Made by a program: the position numbers and the translations under genes. 30,249 nucleotides of DNA from IMG/VR virus record IMGVR_UViG_3300032295_003049, positions 1-30,249 of that record, one strand, 5' to 3'. The notes beneath the pieces are model-generated. The model was given only the letters and a program-made list of their open reading frames with translations, was not told the origin of the DNA and searched no databases. The DNA comes from a virus. Lineage: Duplodnaviria > Caudoviricetes. This document shows positions 27,514 through 30,249 of this stretch, one piece after another. Positions within the stretch are counted from its first letter, which is position 1. Each line of letters opens with the position of its first letter.

Positions 27514-27987
27514 ATGAAAAGTAATTTAAAAATCGTAAAAGGTGATGGTGAAGTGGTAAAGGTAAATGAAAACCTTTACGAAATTTTAAAAAAGCTTCCG
27601 GCTCCATTAGAAAAAATGCAGCTTACTGTGGATCAAAAGTATTGGTATAAATATTTTGGTGAACAACTAATTGATTCACAAAAATTAACAAAACCCGACC
27701 TTTTGCACCTTCACACATTGGCTACTTCAGTAGATTACTACATCCAGGCTGAAAAAGAAATCAGAAAAAAAGGATTTCACGGCGGTTTGATTCAAACATT
27801 CAAAGGTGGTGCAACCAATGTTTCAGGTTATGTTACCATTCGTGAAAAAATGATTAAAGATATCGACCGACTTTCAAAACATTTTGGCTTTAGTTTTAGT
27901 GATCGTTCAAAACTGAAAGAACAAAAAAGCGGTGATGCTGCACAAGTAAGTTTGTTTGATGAGTTCTTGAAAGCTAAACACGGATAA
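27514..27987 (+). CDS. terS: Terminase small subunit (P27 family)
   Basis: PAP..L...KYW, LTKPDL, EIRKKG, FGFSFSDRSKL equivalent to GLTP..R. Confidence 0.82.
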   Translation: MKSNLKIVKGDGEVVKVNENLYEILKKLPAPLEKMQLTVDQKYWYKYFGEQLIDSQKLTKPDLLHLHTLATSVDYYIQAEKEIRKKGFHGGLIQTFKGGATNVSGYVTIREKMIKDIDRLSKHFGFSFSDRSKLKEQKSGDAAQVSLFDEFLKAKHG

Positions 27988-28000
27988 TTTTAAAAATTTA

Positions 28001-28037
28001 AAAATTAATTACCATGACAAAAAATGATTATCAAAAA
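28001..28037 (+). repeat. 37-bp direct repeat copy 1 (leader + first 8 codons)
   Basis: AAAATTAATTACCATGACAAAAAATGATTATCAAAAA identical at 28459-28495. Confidence 0.9.
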
Positions 28038-28460
28038 TACACCGATCTATGGAATAAGTCAGATGAATATACTGATTTAGAAATAAAGTTCCTTCGGTCC
28101 TATATAAAAAAAAAGAACTATAAAGTTTCTTATGGATTTTACAAAAAAGTAAGTTCTAAAAAAATGCAGATTGCAGTTGTGTTTGATTTGATTCCAACAC
28201 AAATGAGAAAAACTGGTGTTGAAAATAATTGGGAAATTATAGTGGATAGAAATATCACTGATATTGAAATCGATGAATTTATCAATTACTACTTCCGGAA
28301 CTCTTTCAAAAGATTTTTGGTTTTCTATTACAAAAATGTTGACAAATTGATTAATGATGATCAAAAGCTACAAGCAAAAACACCTGAAAGCTTTATTGAT
28401 TTATGTAGAACAAAAGGTTATTCAGGAAGTTTTCAATTAAAAATTGATTATATAAATTAA
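28014..28460 (+). CDS. Hypothetical protein
   Basis: 148 aa ORF starting MTKNDYQK. Confidence 0.7.
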   Translation: MTKNDYQKYTDLWNKSDEYTDLEIKFLRSYIKKKNYKVSYGFYKKVSSKKMQIAVVFDLIPTQMRKTGVENNWEIIVDRNITDIEIDEFINYYFRNSFKRFLVFYYKNVDKLINDDQKLQAKTPESFIDLCRTKGYSGSFQLKIDYIN

Positions 28461-28495
28461 AATTAATTACCATGACAAAAAATGATTATCAAAAA
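28459..28495 (+). repeat. 37-bp direct repeat copy 2
   Basis: Identical to 28001-28037. Confidence 0.9.
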
Positions 28496-28855
28496 AAAAT
28501 GCTAGAAAACAACTATAAAAATTTCGAAAATGAAGATGTTTCTTTGATAGCTTATAACATGTATATTTTTATCCTGGAGCAATTCGAAAGCTTTAAAAAA
28601 GATTTAGGTTTAAAATATACAACATCAGCAATTAATAAAGAATACTTAATTGAAATGCGTAAAACATATTCAATTTTTATATCTAGGATTCAAAATTTAA
28701 ACAAAGAGCAGTTAAAAGGTTTTTTACATGAGTTAAAAACTAAATTACCTGATTTTGAAAAAGAATTAACCTATTACAATACATTACAAATCATTAACTA
28801 TTATGTTTTTGATTATGAAAATTGGGTAAATACAGAAAAAACATTATTTGATTAA
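28472..28855 (+). CDS. Hypothetical protein
   Basis: 127 aa ORF starting MTKNDYQK. Confidence 0.7.
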   Translation: MTKNDYQKKMLENNYKNFENEDVSLIAYNMYIFILEQFESFKKDLGLKYTTSAINKEYLIEMRKTYSIFISRIQNLNKEQLKGFLHELKTKLPDFEKELTYYNTLQIINYYVFDYENWVNTEKTLFD

Positions 28856-28857
28856 CT

Positions 28858-29124
28858 ATGAAAGTAAAAGGTGAAATAAAATCATGGAATCCATTTCTAG
28901 CAAAGTACAAAAAATATGATAATACTAATGTTGAAATAAAATTCAAATGTCTTAAATGCGGTTCTGATTCATGTCAAAGATATAATAGTTCAGATTTGAA
29001 TGATCCATATTACTTTCAAAAAAATTTTAAGTGTATAAAATGTGGAAAAAAAGGGTACAACTATTATTCTGATTGCTTTATCACAACAACTAAAATAGAA
29101 GTTCAACTTAATTTATTTGATTAA
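28858..29124 (+). CDS. Zinc-ribbon protein with C-terminal QLNLF motif
   Basis: CLKCG...CIKCG; ends VQLNLFD. Confidence 0.7.
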   Translation: MKVKGEIKSWNPFLAKYKKYDNTNVEIKFKCLKCGSDSCQRYNSSDLNDPYYFQKNFKCIKCGKKGYNYYSDCFITTTKIEVQLNLFD

Positions 29125-29231
29125 TGAAATTCATAAAATTTTTAAAACAACTTTTTTGTAAACATAGATTTGTTTATAATCATAAATACAAATATTATAG
29201 GTGCAAATCTTGTTATTTAAAATTAAAATAG
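29124..29231 (+). CDS. Tiny Cys/His protein (35 aa, not in ORF track)
   Basis: MKFIKFLKQLFCKHRFVYNHKYKYYRCKSCYLKLK; TAATG coupling. Confidence 0.5.
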   Translation: MKFIKFLKQLFCKHRFVYNHKYKYYRCKSCYLKLK

Positions 29232-29244
29232 TGTAAAATAATAC

Positions 29245-29385
29245 TAACGTACGTTTGACGGCTATACGATGGTTGGGGTTAGTACTCCTTAACTTTCGAT
29301 TAATCACAGATTTTAAAAGTACAAAACAGACTTTAAATTAAACAATTAACCCAACTATTGTATAACCGTTGTTAGCAGTAGTTAT
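29245..29385 (-). other. attC-like recombination site 1
   Basis: TAAC..GTTTG-[ACGGCTATACGATGGTTGGGGTTAGT 29258-29283]...[ATTAACCCAACTATTGTATAACCGT 29345-29369]-T-GTTAGCAGTAGTTAT. Confidence 0.7.
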
Positions 29386-29397
29386 AATACTCAAAAT

Positions 29398-29739
29398 ATG
29401 AAATTTAACGACTTATTATTAGACCACGATTATTACGCATCAGATAGCAATTATTATTCAAACGATGCAGGGCAAAAATGGAATACGTTTCAAGATTTTT
29501 ATGATGAATATCAAGATGCAGATATTGATATGAATTTAATTTATAGATGGGATATTAAAAAAGATGATGACGAAAATCTTTATATGGAAATTTTTATTAT
29601 TCATCAAAGAAAAGGAATTTACGCACCGCATTTTATTGAAAGTGTTTCTGAAAGTGATTTTGAAAATATACAAAAGTTACTTCAACCTCATTTAGACAAA
29701 TTAGCAAAAATTTGGCTTCCGTTTTCGGTTTCTAAATAA
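29398..29739 (+). CDS. Cassette gene A: acidic hypothetical phage protein
   Basis: 113 aa, HDYYASDSNYY...DIDMNLIYRWD...QRKG; flanked by inverted repeat 29371-29385/29736-29750. Confidence 0.8.
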   Translation: MKFNDLLLDHDYYASDSNYYSNDAGQKWNTFQDFYDEYQDADIDMNLIYRWDIKKDDDENLYMEIFIIHQRKGIYAPHFIESVSESDFENIQKLLQPHLDKLAKIWLPFSVSK

Positions 29740-29866
29740 TTACTGCTAACGTATCGCAACTTGGTGTCAGTTGCGACTTATGAAAACATATTAAGAAAAA
29801 CGAACTTAGAAATTAATATAAACAAAATACAGCAATTGCACCAAATTGCTGTTATAACTTCGGTTT
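29736..29866 (-). other. attC-like recombination site 2
   Basis: TGCTAAC-GTATC-[GCAACTTGGTGTCAGTTGC 29756-29774]...[GCAATTGCACCAAATTGC 29832-29849]-T-GTTATAAC. Confidence 0.72.
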
Positions 29867-29879
29867 TATTTTTAACAAC

Positions 29880-30119
29880 ATGAGTATAGCAAAGGCAACA
29901 ACATTATTAGCAAAATTTCACGCATTATCAAATGCTTCTGAATTCATAAGAAGTCACGGAGAAGAAGGATTTTCTTTTCAAGATGAAAATTTTGATAAAG
30001 TGTATAAAAGGGAAACAGTTAAAGTATCTAAAAAATTAGATAAAATGAGTACAAAATATTTATTAGAATATGAAAAACTAAATATTGAAGTAAACGATGA
30101 AATACACGAGGATTCTTAA
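29880..30119 (+). CDS. Cassette gene B: hypothetical protein
   Basis: 79 aa; flanked by inverted repeat 29851-29866/30118-30132. Confidence 0.75.
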   Translation: MSIAKATTLLAKFHALSNASEFIRSHGEEGFSFQDENFDKVYKRETVKVSKKLDKMSTKYLLEYEKLNIEVNDEIHEDS

Positions 30120-30126
30120 ACTGAGT

Positions 30127-30249
30127 TATAACTACCCGCTTTCACCAATTCAAAAAATTGAACCACATGCAAAGACTTGAAATTACTGATAAAGGCAAAA
30201 AGCTTTGCGACTTTGTAACCGAAAAAACAATGAATGGCGAATTATCAAA
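30127..30249. repeat. Terminal direct repeat, identical to 1-123
   Basis: Exact identity. Confidence 0.95.

Larger units (their letters stand above)
1..30126. mobile_element. Complete temperate HK97-like siphovirus genome (excised/circular form), probable Flavobacteriaceae host
   Basis: Full packaging, head, tail, lysis, integration, immunity and replication modules; intact attP; end overlap. Confidence 0.9.

Noticed and set aside
563-28364. Other overlapping or antisense ORFs in the track (e.g. 563..778, 1390..1611, 3637..3864, 4763..5128, 7242..7550, 11366..11716, 16878..17411, 23919..24314, 26756..27061, 28077..28364)
   Set aside because: They lie within well-supported genes and show no recognisable motifs
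29258-29849. The two long palindromes as intrinsic terminators or MITE/IS ends
   Set aside because: Loops are about 60 nt with no U-tract, the two elements share structure but not sequence, and there is no transposase; the gene-specific GTT/AAC outer repeats fit cassette sites better

Overview
The window is an apparently complete, circularly permuted genome of about 30.1 kb. Bases 1-123 repeat as 30127-30249, giving a unit length of 30,126 bp. It is an AT-rich temperate HK97-like siphovirus. The host is most likely a Flavobacterium or other Bacteroidota, based on TAnnTTTG promoter boxes, leaders without Shine-Dalgarno sequences and a Bacteroidota-type integrase. Modules in order: TerL, small accessory ORFs, portal/protease/capsid, head-tail joining genes, tail tube, tail chaperone with a lambda-type GGGAAAG -1 frameshift, tape measure, tail tip, two fibre+chaperone pairs, holin/GH19 endolysin/spanin-like lysis genes, an intact attP (3' half of tRNA-Arg(TCT)) beside a tyrosine integrase, a CI/Cro-like switch, an O-like initiator with four 22-bp iterons, DnaB, HNH, a probable cos region and TerS. 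The most striking feature is the 2.4-kb accessory zone separating terS from terL. It holds two single-gene units, each bounded by its own ~15-bp inverted repeat (GTT.../...AAC) and preceded by a long imperfect attC-like palindrome. This looks like an integron-like cassette array in a phage that encodes no IntI, with the genes inverted relative to classical integron cassettes. All product calls come from motifs and gene order recognised by eye; no database search was run.
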